The notes under the pieces were generated by a model. That model was not told where the DNA came from, searched no databases, and saw only the letters and a program-made list of their open reading frames with translations. Both the position numbers and the translations under genes were made by a program. 64,000 nt of DNA from Scyliorhinus canicula. Its lineage: Eukaryota. How positions within the stretch are numbered: the stretch's first letter is position 1; the number at the start of each line of letters is the position of its first letter. Shown here in pieces: positions 34,582 through 47,287 of this stretch. The stretch spans positions 159,194,754 through 159,258,753 of the forward strand of contig NC_052154.1 in the NCBI RefSeq assembly GCF_902713615.1. Reading direction: 5' to 3'.

Positions 34582-37500
34582 TGAGTTATAACCCATATTA
34601 GACCTGCGAGGACAGCCCCATTGGTCTCCCTGTGGGGCTCATGGAATAAGAGCTCCCCCTGAGGGGCGGAGGCCTAACAGCCAGGCTTGTTAAAACCCAA
34701 CGATAAAAGCCGGCCAGGGAGGCTATTGGCATCTGCGGATGGTCCTGGCTGGGACTAGATGTACTCCCCGCCGTTTTGCGACTTGCACTTAGTTTATAAT
34801 AAATAAATAGGCTTTAAACCATTTCAAGACTCCTGTAATTCTAATACTGGCAACAAGGAAAAAACGGGACTACAGGTGGCGCCTGCTGTACATCCAGACC
34901 ACGGCTGAATCTCATTACAGAGGAGCAAGGTTAGAACAGATTTTAAACTGCCTTCAGTTTTGCCGTGAGTATGGAATACTGGGCCCACTAAATTGAGCGA
35001 ATGTGTTACTTTTTTAGGGCTAATGCCATTATAGGGGGTGACCACCAGAAGGTGATACTGCCAACCACCTGGGTTCCCTACTTTTAGCATCAACACATGC
35101 TTGACCTACCGTGTGGCCCCAGGTTCCAAAACATTTGACGAACTGGTGGCACTCATGCTGACCACCCAGACCCCAAACCGGCGGTCAGTGTCCAAAGGGG
35201 CGGTTCAATACAACTGGAAGAGCACAGGGGAGTCAGTTATGGCATTTTTGGCACACCTACGCAAGCTGGATGAGTGCTGCGATCATGGGCCATCAATGCC
35301 GGGGATGCTGAGGGAGTGCCTTGTGTGCAAGTCAACAAGATAATAATCTTTATTATTGTCACAAGTAGGCTTACATTAACACTGCAATGAGGTTACTGTG
35401 AAAATCCCTAGCCGCCACACTCCGGCACTGGTTCGAGTACACTGAAGGAGAGTTCAGAATGTCCAATTCATCGAACAGCTTTGGGACTTGTGGGAGGAAA
35501 CCAGAGCACTTGGAGGAAACCCATGTAGACACAGGGCGAACGTACAGACACCGCACAGACAGTGACTCAAGCTGGGAATCGTACCCGAGACCCTGGCGTT
35601 GTGAAGCAACAGTGCTAACCACTGTGCTACTGTGCTGCTTTGGACTGCAAAAAGGCCATAGAGATCTCTCTCTCATATGAAAACACGGCTGACTAGAAGC
35701 TCCAAGGTTCGGTAGAGATGGGGGTGAATAGCATTGGACATCCCCCATTCAGGCGAAGAGCGCCTCCTAAGAATAGAACCTCTGGGACCAACCTCTGCCC
35801 GAGCAATATTGGGGCCAGACTCTCTAAAGCCCAGCAAGGTGGCTCCCCTGAACCCTAGGAGGAGGACTCACCGAGGTGTTGCACCTGTGGTTGGAGGAAC
35901 CGTAGGGACGGAAACACCAAATCAGCAAACAAGCATGCCACTCTGATCAGGAGACAAGTCCACCTAGAACCAGGGGCTTTCACCTGGTGCAGCCCGATGA
36001 GGACAGCTGCATGCAGCTAAATTGCATCGCCGCACCACAAATAGCCCCCATCAAAGTCACCATACAGATTAACGGCCACCCGCTTGAAATGGAAATTGAC
36101 ATTGGGGCTGCGGTCTCGGTAATAGGACGTCAGACGTACCAGAATATCAGGACAGGAATCCAAGGCCTGTACCTGAGGGACACTGAGGCGCATTTTGCAA
36201 CGTACATGGATGAACCGTTGACCATCCAGGGCATGGCAATGACTCCAGTTGCCTACGGGCAGCAGTCCATCCGTTTGCCATTGTTAGTGGTATGAGGGCC
36301 CGGACTCGGTTGGTTACGCCATGACTAGCTGCAGAGGCTTCACCTGGATTGGCAGCAGATTTTCTAGATGGGCACAAGCTCCATGGGAAAATCCCGGATG
36401 TTTTCCAAGATGGCCTGGGAAAAATAAAAGTTGCCAAGGCCAAAATCTACTCAGACCCAGATGCCCAACTGAGGTAATTTAGGGCCCGCCTGGTTCCTTA
36501 TGCTTTGTTAACAAAGATAAATAATGAGCTCAACTGGCTGGAATCACTCGTCCTCTGCAGTTCGCGGAGTGGGTAACCTCTGTAGTTCCAGTGTTAAACC
36601 AAGAGAAAACCGTGTGGTGATTACAAGTTAATGGTGAACAAGGCCTCTCGCTTGGTTGGGTACCCGATGCCACGCATGGAGAACCTCTCTGTGAAGTTGG
36701 TTGGAGGACACTCCTTTTCAAAACTTGACATGAGTCCCGCATTCGACCAGTTGGCACCAGATGTGGCATCCAGAAGGTTTGTGACCATCGATACCCCTAG
36801 GGGTCTTTATGAATACACAAGGCTTCTATTCCGTGTACCACCTGTGCGAATTTTCAGAGGGTCATGGAAAGCATCCTCCAAGGACTTCCAGGGTGGCAAG
36901 AGCATTTTTCACGTAAAAGAGGTCACATACCTCGGGTACTGGGTCAACAGGTATAGTTTTCTCCCGATGGAGGAGAAGGTACAGGCCATGAAACAAGTTC
37001 CCACGCCTGAGAATGCGACTGAACTATGGTCGTTCTTTGGACTTGCAAATGATTTTGGCAAATTCATGCCGAACTTGCCAACCATTTTAGCACTGCTGCA
37101 TGCACTCCTTAAAAAACACCAGGACTGAGTATGGAGGGTGCTGCAAGAAGAGGTGTTTGTCAAGGTGAAGCAACAACTTTTCGTCTTCAGGGCTGCTGAA
37201 GCACTTCGACACTTCCAGGCAACTCTTATAGATTCAGTCTATAGAACTCTTATAGAATTGGGGCAGTGTTATCCCACCGAATGGACGACGGGACTGAGAG
37301 GCCAATCGCCTATGCATTGAGGTCTTTGGCCGATGCAGAGCGTAATATGCTCAGATCAAGAAGGAAGGGCAAGCCGTTGTCTTCACAGTGAAGAATTCCA
37401 CCAATATGTTTATGGGCGGCGTTTTACAATCAAAACGGACCACAAACCATTGCTCAGTTTGTTCAAGGAGAACAGGACAATTCTGCCGATAGTATCAGCC

Positions 37501-39321
37501 CAAGTACAGCGTTGCGAGCTACTATTGGCAACAGATGAGAATCGCCCAAGCACGCAGTTTGCACACGTGGTGCTTTGAGCCGGCTCCCATTGCCATCACT
37601 CCCCCCTCATCTCCGCCAGTGGCAAATGAAGTCGTGCTGGCCTTGAATTTTACGGACACCCTGCCAATCACTGCCTCAGAGGTTCAAGGGTGGACGCAAA
37701 AGGACTGGACCTTAGTGAAGTTACACCACAGGGGATAGCAGGAAAAATTGCCTGATGAGCTGAGGGTTTTTGCGACTAAGCAGCAAGAGTTTAGTGTGGG
37801 GGATCCTGTGGGAAGCTCATGTTCGAATTCTGAGCCAAGGCAGAAAGACTATGTTGCAGGACCTGCACAATGGATACCCGGGAATGTCCAAGACGAAGAT
37901 GCTTGCCAGGAGCTACGTATGGTGGCCAGTACTTGGTGGTGACATTGTGCTGTTGGTACAGAAATGCATCTCATGTCAGGAGCATCAAAAACTCCCACCA
38001 GCAGCGCCCCTTTACCCCTGGGATTGGCCAGTCCGACCCTGGGTATGCCTGCATGCTGACTTCACTGGAACCTTTCAAGGCTCAATGTCCCGGTTAATAG
38101 TGGACACCCATTCCAAACTTAGGCATCTATCGAATGCCATCCACCACTTTGAGGGCTACCATTGAGAAGTTATGTCTTTTGTTTAGTATCTATGGCATTC
38201 CAGGGCTGCTGGTTACAGATAACGGCACCCCTTTTACTAGCGAGGAATTCTCACACTTCATGAAATCGAACGGTAAAGTACATTCGGACCGCCCCATACC
38301 AGCCCTCTTCAAACAGCCTGGTTGAACGGGCAATACAGACATTTAGAGAGGCATGTCAAAGCAGGCCACGCGATCCATGGAGACAAAATTGGTGTGGTTC
38401 CTATTTGGCTACAGTTTCACTTCACATAGAGCAACCGGAGTGGCACCGGCAGAACTACTGACGGACCGAAGGCTGAGGACCCGACTTAGCCTGACATTCC
38501 CCGATATTGGTGGGAAGTTGGAGAGCAGAGAGGATCTCCAGAAACACTACCACAGCAGACAGATGCAGGACAGAGGTTTTAGGCCAGGGGACACGGTATA
38601 TGTCTGGAACTTCGGAGACGGTGCCTGGTGGATAACAAGGACCATGGTGGACAGTGCTGGACTGGTTTCCTACACGGTGAAAACCAAAGAGTGGACAGTG
38701 CAAAAGCACGTGGACCACTTAAAAAGTAGGGAGCCAGGACCGGCCCCGTTGGAGAAGTCAGCCCTCATCCCACCTGCTTGTTACCCAAGGGCCAATAGGC
38801 AACACCCCCCAGGGGCCCAGACACAGAAATGCGCGAGGTGGAAAACTCAGGGTCCGACAGAAAAACACAAGTGTTCACAGTTTCGGACAACAGTTTCACC
38901 AGGGAGCGGTTGCCGACGATACCCCAAGATGGTCGGAGTGGAAGCGACACTTCCCAACACGTTACCCGCCCCCAGACCATGACCCACAACTACTGGAAGC
39001 GAAGTGAAAAAGGAGGCCTCCTCCACCCTCTACAACAGAGTGGACTTTGTGGGGGAGGGATGTTCTCAGCCCCATGGTTCCCACAGGTCAACCCAATGGA
39101 TCTCCCCGGGGACTCGTGGAATATGAGCTCCCCCACTGAGGGGCAGAGGCCTAACAGTGAGGCTCGTTAAAATCCACCGCTAAAAGCCGGCCAGGAAGGG
39201 AACCGGCATCTTCGGATGGTCCCGGCTGGGACCAGATGTACTCCCCACTGCTTTGTGGCATTTAGTTTGGAATAAACAAACTGGCTTTAAATCTTTTCAA
39301 GACTCCTGTGATTGTAATAGA
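34582..39321 (+). mobile_element. Gypsy LTR retrotransposon C (old, heavily decayed)
   Basis: Divergent LTRs at ~34582-34847 and 39061-~39321; PBS-like TGGCAACAAGG; PPT GGGGGAGGGA; MEIDIGAAVSVI protease; GMSKTKMLARSYVWWP and LVTDNGTPFTS integrase; no TSD found. Confidence 0.88.
35341..35640 (-). mobile_element. V-SINE with alternative tail, inside Gypsy C
   Basis: Same structure as 9651-9955. Confidence 0.85.
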
Positions 39322-40218
39322 TTGGAAAGATGTTACTGTGGGTACCCACCAATAACCCAGGAAGCGGCTATTTCATTCAATTTGTTTTCTTTCTTTAACT
39401 AATTCTCTCCGACATTTTGCTTCGTCAAGGAGACCAGAGGGCTGCTTCTCAGAAATTTGGCTGGCCTTCCATATTATATGTCAGTGGTGAAGTATTTTAC
39501 CTCCTCCCTTCCCCCAAGCAGACCGACTTCAACCAGAGGAGCTTGGTCTGTTTTTAGGTTTGTGTATTTTGTAATGCAACATTGCCCCCTCCAGGATGTG
39601 GCAGGTACCTACAGATTTGTGTGGGATGCTTTCCCAGACTGCAAATAGGTGGCAATTCTTAAAATATTTCTTGCCTATCTCAGAATTATTTAACACTGCT
39701 GCTGCTTTGATAATGGTTTAATTGAAATTTTTATTTTGCTTCCTGCATTTTAATGTTATTTTCATTTAGACACTCAAGTGCGAATTGAGACTCTGCCTGA
39801 GGATAAAAAACAAAGAATTGAAGCACATATGTGGACCTAAGCAGGCATGTGGGCCTGAGCATGTCTGTTTCCCAAAATAAGTCAGCATAGGCTGCCACTC
39901 TTTTCCAGCACCTAATGGTGCACAAGGCAGACTTCCATCTGAGATCTTTCTCCCCCCAGAATATGTCACAAGCAGCTTATAACTTGAGGAGCTCAAGCAT
40001 GTCTGACCAGTAGTCTATCCTGCACTTACCACCTTTCATTGGCATTTATTGGAAGGATAATACTCAACCTATTGACCACATTTTGAATGCACCACCCTTG
40101 GCCATCAAGCACTGGCTGGGACTTGAACTAAGAGCTCCTGGCTCAGAAGCAAGGACACTTCCTACTGCACCACAAGGCCTTCCAGTGGTAGCATAGGTAC
40201 AATGGGCCAAATGGTTTC

Positions 40219-40561
40219 TGTTGTGTTTGGTATTCGATCTCTAGCAAGGAATCTACCAAACGACTTGTGACTTGTCCAAACCAGGATCTTTATTAAATCA
40301 CACGTGGTAAAATAACGATCTGTTGCAGAGCAAATTATCATGGAGTTTCTTTGTCGTCCTCTGGAACTACCCCAATGCTCATCTGTCCTCTTATACGTCT
40401 CATAACCATCTGATGATACCCGGATGTGCCCCCACTTATATTGGAGTGTCTTGTCACATGACCACTGTGTTGAGACCACATGGTGTGCATGTACCGCCAC
40501 CTGCTAGTTGGAGGTCACACCATCAGCCATCTATGATATTGCCTACAGGCATATCACCACA
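40219..40561 (-). mobile_element. Solo LTR
   Basis: TG…CA ends, 5-bp TSD GTTTC/GTTAC (one mismatch), minus-strand AATAAA, terminal CATATCACCACA shared with the Gypsy B LTRs. Confidence 0.7.
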
Positions 40562-40921
40562 GTTACCTATTATAAAGTAAGTTTATATGAGTATATTAGC
40601 TCTCATTTGATGGCACAAAATATCCTTGTGTGTAACTAACGCAGAAAAAGCACACAGAATACATAAAGGTTCCAGCTCAGTGATCCTTTAATCCACAGGC
40701 AACAAACATAGAATTTAAATTCATTTACGGGATGTGGGTGAACGCTGGTTAGTCCAACATTTATTGCCCATCCCTAGTTGTCTTTCAGAAGATGGTTGTG
40801 AGTTGACTTCTTGAACCGCTGCAGTCCTTGAAGTGTGATGTGGAGATGCCGGCGTTGGACTGGGGTGAGCGCAGTAAGAAGTCTTACAGCACCAGGTTAA
40901 AGTCCAACAGGTTTGTTTCAA

Positions 40922-40958
40922 ACACGAGCTTTCGGAGCGCAGCTCCTTCCTCAGGTGA
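40922..40958 (-). ncRNA. Minimal hammerhead ribozyme motif
   Basis: UCAC-CUGAGGA-A-GGAGC-UGC-GCUCC-GAA-AGCU-C-GUGU. Confidence 0.6.
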
Positions 40959-41234
40959 ATGGAGAGGTATGATGGTGAGGAGAGGTGTGAGGGACTCAGA
41001 GCAAGGTGAATTATAAGGGTTGATTATCGTTCATTTAGATGCTTGTAATATATTGAGAAAATGAGAACAGTTTAAAACTGAGTTACATCAAGATACGCCT
41101 CAGCACAGTGAACCTGGCAGCAGGTCAGCTGAAATGAATTGACCAATCTAAAAGTTATAACTAAGTTTTCTTTAATTGACAAAAATTATAAATTAAGAGT
41201 GACAAAAAAAATTTAAAAAATCATACCTCTCCAT

Positions 41235-41271
41235 TCACCTGAGGAAGGAGCTATGCTCCGAAAGCTCATGT
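41235..41271 (+). ncRNA. Minimal hammerhead ribozyme motif (weakened stem I)
   Basis: UCAC-CUGAGGA-A-GGAGC-UAU-GCUCC-GAA-AGCU-C-AUGU. Confidence 0.55.
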
Positions 41272-42133
41272 TTGAAACAAACCTGTTGGACTTTAACCTG
41301 GTGTCGGAAGACTTCTTACTGTCCTTGAAGTGTGGGTGGATATCCACTTTGCTGTTAGGGAGGGAGTTCCAGGATTTTTCCCCAGCGATAGTGAAGGAAC
41401 GGCGGTATATTTCCAAGTCAGGGTGGTGAATGACCTGGAGGGGAATCTCCAGGTGGTGGGTTCCCAGGTATCTGCTGCTCTTGTCCTTCTAGATGGTAGT
41501 GGTCGTAGGTTTGGAAGGTGTTGCTTAAGGAACCTTGGTGAGTTACTGAAGTGAATCATGTAGATTGTACACCAGCCTGCCACTGTTCGTCGGTGGTGGA
41601 GAATTTGAATGTTTGTGGGTGGAAGGGGGAGCAATCAAGTGGGCTGCTTTGTCCTGGATGGTGTCAAGCTTCTTGAGTGTTGTTGGAGCTGCACTCATCC
41701 AGGCAAGTGGAGAATATTCCATTACACTTCTGACTTCTGCCTTGTAGATGGTGGACAGGCTTTGGGGATCGGGAGGTGAGTTACTCGCCTTAAAATTCCT
41801 AGCCATTGATCTTCCCTGGTAGCCACAGTATTAATATGGTTAGTCCAGTTCAGTTTCTGATCAATGAGAAACTGAATGTTGATTGTGGGGTATTCAGCGA
41901 TGGTAATGCCTTTGAATGTCAGAGGGTGTTGGTTAGATCCTCTCTTGTAGGAGAAGTAGGGTGGCATGGTGGCAGAGTGGTTAGCACTGCTGCCTCACAG
42001 CTCCAGGGTTCTGGGTTAAATTCCAGCTTCGGGTGACTGGGTTTCCTCCGGGTGCTCCGGTTTTGACCCACAGTCCAAAGGTGTGCAGGTTAGGTGGATT
42101 GGCTTTGCTAAATTGCCCTTAGTGTAGAATGAG

Positions 42134-42724
42134 TTGGATTGGATTGGTTTTGTTTATTGTCATGTGTACCGAGGTACAGTGAAAAGTATTTTTCTGCGTG
42201 TAGCTCAAACAGATCATTTAGTATATGAAAATAAAATATGCAATAGGGCAACACAAGGTACACAATGTAAATACATAGACACCGTCATTGGGCGAAGCAT
42301 ACAGGAGTGTAGTGTTAATCAGACCAGTCCATAAGAGGGTCATTTAGGAGTCTGGTAACAGCGGGGAAGAAGCTGTTTTTGAATCCGTTAGTGCGTGTTC
42401 TCAGACTTCTGTATATCCTGCCCGAAGGCAGAAGTTGGAAGAGTGAGTAAGCCGGGTGGGAGGGGTCTTTGATTATGCTGCCCACTTCCCCAGGCAGCGG
42501 GAGGTGCAGATGGAGTCAATGGATGGGAGGCAGGTTTGTGTGATGGATTGGGTGGTGTTCACGACTCTGAAGTTTTGTGCGGTCTTGGGCCGAGCAGTTG
42601 CCATACCAGGCTGTGATGCAGCCAGATAGAATACTTTCTATGGTGCACCTGTAAAAGTTGGTAAGAATCAATGCGGACATGCTGAATTTCCTTAGTTTTC
42701 TGAGGAAGTATAGGCGCTGTTGTG
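42134..42724 (-). mobile_element. Rex1/Babar-like LINE 3' fragment
   Basis: Homologous to 60655-61505; (TCCAA)n tail; preceded by a partial V-SINE at 41957-42125. Confidence 0.75.
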
Positions 42725-42736
42725 GTTACAGGGAAA

Positions 42737-43310
42737 GGCTCCTCTGTACCCTTTCCAATGCTTCCACATCCTTCCTACAATGTGGCGACCAGAACTGCAT
42801 GCAATACTCCAAATGCAGCCGCAGCAGAGTTTTGTACAACTGCAACATGACCTCATGGCTCCGAAACTCAATTCCTCTACCAATAAAAGCTAACACACCG
42901 TCGCCTTCTTAACAACCTTCTCAACCTGGGTGGCAACTTTCAGGGATCTATGGACATGGACACCGAGATCTCTCTGCTCGTCCACACTACCAAGAATCTT
43001 ACCATTAGCCCAGTACTCTGCCTTTCTGTTATTCCTTCCAAAATGAATCACCTCACACTTTTCTGCATTAAACTCCATTTGCCACCTGTCAGCCCAGCTC
43101 TGCAGCTTATCTATGTCCCTCTGTAACTTGTAACATCCTTCCGCACTGTCCACAACTCCACCGACTTTAGTGTCATCTGCAAATTTACTCACCCATCCTT
43201 CTACGCCCTCCTCCAGGTCATTTATAAAAATGACAAACAGCAACGGCCCCAAAACAGATCCTTGTGACACACCACTAGTAACTGGACACCAGTCAGAGCA
43301 TTTCCCATCA
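42737..43310 (-). mobile_element. CR1 LINE RT fragment
   Basis: QGSVLGPLLFVIFINDL…KFADDTKVGG…WQMEFNAEKCEV. Confidence 0.92.
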
Positions 43311-44504
43311 ACTTCTATCAGCTATCAATTCTATCAATGTCTTCTATCAGCTAGCCAATTTCTAATCCAAGGGCAGTCACGCTCACCTCACCTCTGCCAT
43401 TCAGCTCTTTTGTCCATTTTTGAACCAAGGCTGTAATGAGGTCAGGAGCTGAGTGACCCTGGCGGAACCCAAACAGTGTGTCTGTGAACAGGTTATTGCT
43501 GAGTTAGTGCTGCTTGATAGCACTGTTGATGACTTCTTATATCACTTTGCTGATCATGGAGAGTAGACTGATAGAGCAGTAATTGGCTGGGTTGTATTTC
43601 TCCTGTTTCTTGCGTACAGGACACACCTGGGCAATTATCCCCATTGCTGGTTAGATGCCAGTGTTGTAGCTGTGCTGGAACAGCTTGGCTAGGGGTGCGG
43701 CAAGTTCTGGAGCACAAGTCTTCAGTACTATTGCCGGATATTGTCAGGGTCCATCGTCGTTGCAGTATCCAGTGCCTTCGGCCATATCTTGATACCAAAT
43801 GGAGTGAATCATATTGGTTGAAGACTGACCTCTGTGATGCTGGGTAACTCTGGAAGAGACCGAGATGGATTATCCACTCGGCACTTGTGGCTGAAGATTG
43901 TTGCGAATGCCTCAGCCTTGTTTTTTGCACGTATGTGCTGGGCTCCTCCATCATTGAGGATGGGGACATCTGTGGAGCCTCCTCCTCTCCAGTAAGTTGT
44001 TTAATTGTGCACCGCCATTCACGGCTGGATATGGCAGGACTACAGAGCTTAGATCTGATGCATTCATTGTGGAATTGCTTAGCTCTGTCTATTACTTGCT
44101 GCTCATACTCTTTGGCACACAAGTAATCCTGTGTTGTAGCTTCACCAGATTGACACCTCATTTTTCGATATGCCTGATGTTGCTCCTGGCATGCTCTCCT
44201 GCACTCTTCATTGAACCAGGGTTGATCCCTGGCTTGGTGGTAGGGGATATGCCAGGCCATGAGGTTGCAGATTGTGGTTGAGTACAATTCTGCTGCTGAT
44301 GAGCCACAGCACCTCATGGCTGCCCAGTCTTGAGTTGCTAGATCTGTTCGAAGTCTATCCCATTTAGCACGGTGGTAGTGCCACACAACACAATGGAGCG
44401 TATCCTCAATGTGAAGACTGGAGTTTGTCTCCACAAGGACTGTGCGGTGGTCACTTCTACCGATATTGTCACGGACAGTTGCATCTGCAGCAGGCAGATT
44501 GGTG

Positions 44505-46398
44505 AGGATGAGGGGAGGCGGTTGCGTAGTGGTATTGTCACTGGACTGGTAAACCAGAGACCCAGAGTAATGCTCTGGGGACCCAGGTTCAAATCCCGCC
44601 ACTGCAGATGGTGAAATTTGAATTCAACGGGCTTTGAGTGGGCGAATAAAACCCCGCGGGTGAAGAGAATGTGGTTGGAGTGTAGTCGGGGGGAGGGCGG
44701 GTTGGCGCTGCCAAACCTCTGCAACTACTACTAGGCGGCTAACATCGCCATGATTTGGAAGTGAGTAATGGGGGAGGGGTCGGACTGGAGGTGGCGTCTT
44801 GTAAAGGCACCAGTCTGGGGGCATTGGTAACGGCACCCAGTACTCCACAAGTCCGGTGGTAGTGGCGGCTCTGAGGATCTGGGGGCAATGGAGGGAGCAT
44901 AAGAATGTGGAAGGTGCGTCAGTCTGGACCCCGATTTGCAACAACCACAGGTTTGTACCCAGCAGGCTGGGCGGCGGGTTCCAGAGCTGGCAGAGGGCAG
45001 GAATTATAAGGATGGGGGATCTATTTATAGATGGGAGCTTTCTCAGCTTGAAGGCGCTGGAAGATAAATTTAAACTGCCACCAGGGAATGGTTTTAGATA
45101 TTTGCAAGTGCGAGATTTCCTGAGCAAACTGGTGCCGGCCTTTCCATTGCTGCCGCTGCGGGGGATACAGGATAGAGTAGTGTCCGGTACCAGGGTGGGG
45201 GAGGGGAAAGTGTCGGACATCTACCAGGAGCTGTTGGAGGCGGAGGAAAGCCCAGTGGAGGAGCTTAAGGGCAAGTGGGAGGATGAGCTAGGTGGAGTTA
45301 GAGGCAGATCTATGGGCGGACGCCCTAAGCAGGGTCGATTCCTCCTCTTCATATGCCAGGCCTAGCCTAATACAATTGAAGGTGGTCCACTGGGCACATA
45401 TGACGGCGGCGAGGATGAGCAAGTTTTTCGGGGTAGAAAATAGATGTGTGAGGTATGTGGGAGCCCCAGCAAACCATGTCCACATGTTCTGGGCATGCCC
45501 GAAGCTCAGAGGTTTTGGCAGGGGTTTGCAAAGGCAATGTCCATGGTGCTAGGAACCCGGGTGGTGCCGAGTCCGGAGGTAGTGATTTTTGGAGTGTCAG
45601 AAGATCCGGGAGTTCAGGGAGTGAAAGAGGCCGATGTCCTGGCCTCTGCCTCCCGAGTAGCCCGGGGACAGATCCTTTTAATGTGGAGGGACTCGAAGCC
45701 CCCGAGTGTCGAGACCTAGGTTAGTGACATGGCGGGGTTTCTCAGGCTTGAGAAGGTAAAGTTTGCCTTAAGAGGGTCAATGTTGGGGTTTTCCCGGAGG
45801 TGGCAGCCATTCGTCGATTTTCTTGGGGAAAATTAAAATGTCAGCAGAAGCAGCAATCCAATGGGGAGAGGGGGGGGGGGGGGGGGGGGGGCGCTGGATA
45901 GGTGTTAGATGGTTGTGGTGTGTGAAGATTGGGTTGGGTGGGGAAATGTTTATTCTACCATGTCAATGATAGCAGCCTCCCCGGACAGGTGCCAGAATGT
46001 GGCGACTAGGGGCTTTTCACAGTAACTTCATTGAAGCCTACTCGTGACAATAAGTGATTTTCATTTTCATTTTTCATTACATTGTTATTGTTTTTGTTAT
46101 TGTTCTAAAAATTTCCAAATACTTTAATAAATATATATTTTTTTAAATGAAATTTGAATTCAATAGAAATCTGGAATTAAAAGTCTAACGATGACCATGA
46201 AACCGTCGTCGATCGGCATAAAAACCCACCTGGTTCACTAATGTTCTTTAGGGAAGGAAATCTGCCGTCCTTCTCTGGTTTGGCCTACATGTGACTCCAG
46301 ATCCATAGCATTAACTTCCCTCTCAAGGGCAATTAGAGATGGGCAATAATTGCTGGCACAGCCTGCGATGCCCACCTTCCATGAACGAATAAAAAAAA
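44505..46398 (+). mobile_element. Deu-domain SINE (SacSINE1-like): head 44505-44627, body and tail 46148-46398
   Basis: B box GGTTCAAATCCC; GGCCTACATGTGACTCCAGA Deu-like core (recalled consensus); tail shared with the L2-group LINE. Confidence 0.75.
44628..46147 (+). mobile_element. 5'-truncated L1-clade LINE (ORF2 C-terminus, 3'UTR)
   Basis: LALPNLCNYY, HMFWACPKL motif; 16-bp TSD TGAAATTTGAATTCAA (44612-44627, 46148-46163); family-2 SINE tail at ~45970-46075. Confidence 0.88.
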
Positions 46399-46935
46399 GT
46401 CTGTGTTCCCCACTTGTTGGTTCCCTCACCACCTGCTGCAGTCCCAGTCTATCAGCGGCGTCCTTTAGGACCCGGCCAGCTCGGTCTGTGGTGGTAATAC
46501 CGAGCCACTCTTGGTGATGAACATTGAAGTCCCTCACCCAGGGCACATTCTGCACACTTGTCACCCTCAGTGCTTCCTCCACATGGTGCTCAACATGGAG
46601 GAGTACTGACTCATCAGCTGATGGTGGCCAGTACATGGTAATCAGCAGGAAGTTTCCTTGCCCATGTTTAACCTAGGGTTGATGGGCTCCAGAAGTGATA
46701 TTGAGGACTCCCAGGGAAACTGCCTCCCAAATGTATGCCATTGTACCACGACCTCTGCTGCGTCTGTCCTGCCGGTGAGACAGGACATACCCAGGAATGG
46801 TGATAGTGGTGTCTGGGACATTGTCTGTATGGTATGAACCTGTGAGTATAATTATGTCAGGCTGTTGCTTAACCAGTCTGTGAGACAGCTTTCCCAACTT
46901 TTGCACAAACTCCCAGATATTAGTAAGGAGGACTT

Positions 46936-47165
46936 TGGGGCAGCATGGTGGCACAGTGGTTAGCATTGCTGCCTACGGCGCTGAGGACCTGGGTTCGAAT
47001 CCCGGCCCTGGGTCATTGTCTGTGAGGAGTTTGCACATTCTCCCCATGTCTGTGTGGGTTTCGCCCCCACAACCCAAAGGTGTGCAGGTTAGGTGGATTG
47101 GCCACGTTAAATTGCCCCTTAATTGGAAAAAATAATTGGTACTCTAAATTTATTTTTTAAAAAGT
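46936..47165 (+). mobile_element. Short V-SINE variant with A-rich tail
   Basis: As 13310-13545. Confidence 0.85.
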
Positions 47166-47287
47166 AAGGAGGACTTTGAAGGGTCGGCAGGATTGAGCTT
47201 GCCGTTGTCTTTTCCGGTGCTGGTTCGATGCCGGGTGCCGTCTGGTTTCATTCCTTTTTATGTTTTCATAGCAATTGAATACAACTG

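Larger units (their letters stand above)
40838..41320. mobile_element. Penelope-like insert with inverted pLTR fragments
   Basis: Inverted repeats 40838-40972 and 41221-41320; flanking direct repeat GTCCTTGAAGTGTG (40824-40837, 41321-41334). Confidence 0.7.
40715..41950 (-). mobile_element. L2/CR1-group LINE 3' part, interrupted by a Penelope-type insert
   Basis: IYKAEVRSVMEYSPLAWMSAAPTTLKKLDTIQDKA; same tail as 3900-4385. Confidence 0.8.
43400..46930 (-). mobile_element. L2/CR1-group LINE ORF2 (43400-44504 and 46399-46930), split by a SINE/L1 stack
   Basis: DFNVHHQEWL, SDHRTVLVET, QPWFNEECRRAC; sequence resumes across the insertion. Confidence 0.8.

Noticed and set aside
43493-44602. 369-aa ORF as a novel gene
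   Set aside because: Chimera of an antisense SINE head and LINE ORF2 endonuclease/linker sequence that drifts out of frame
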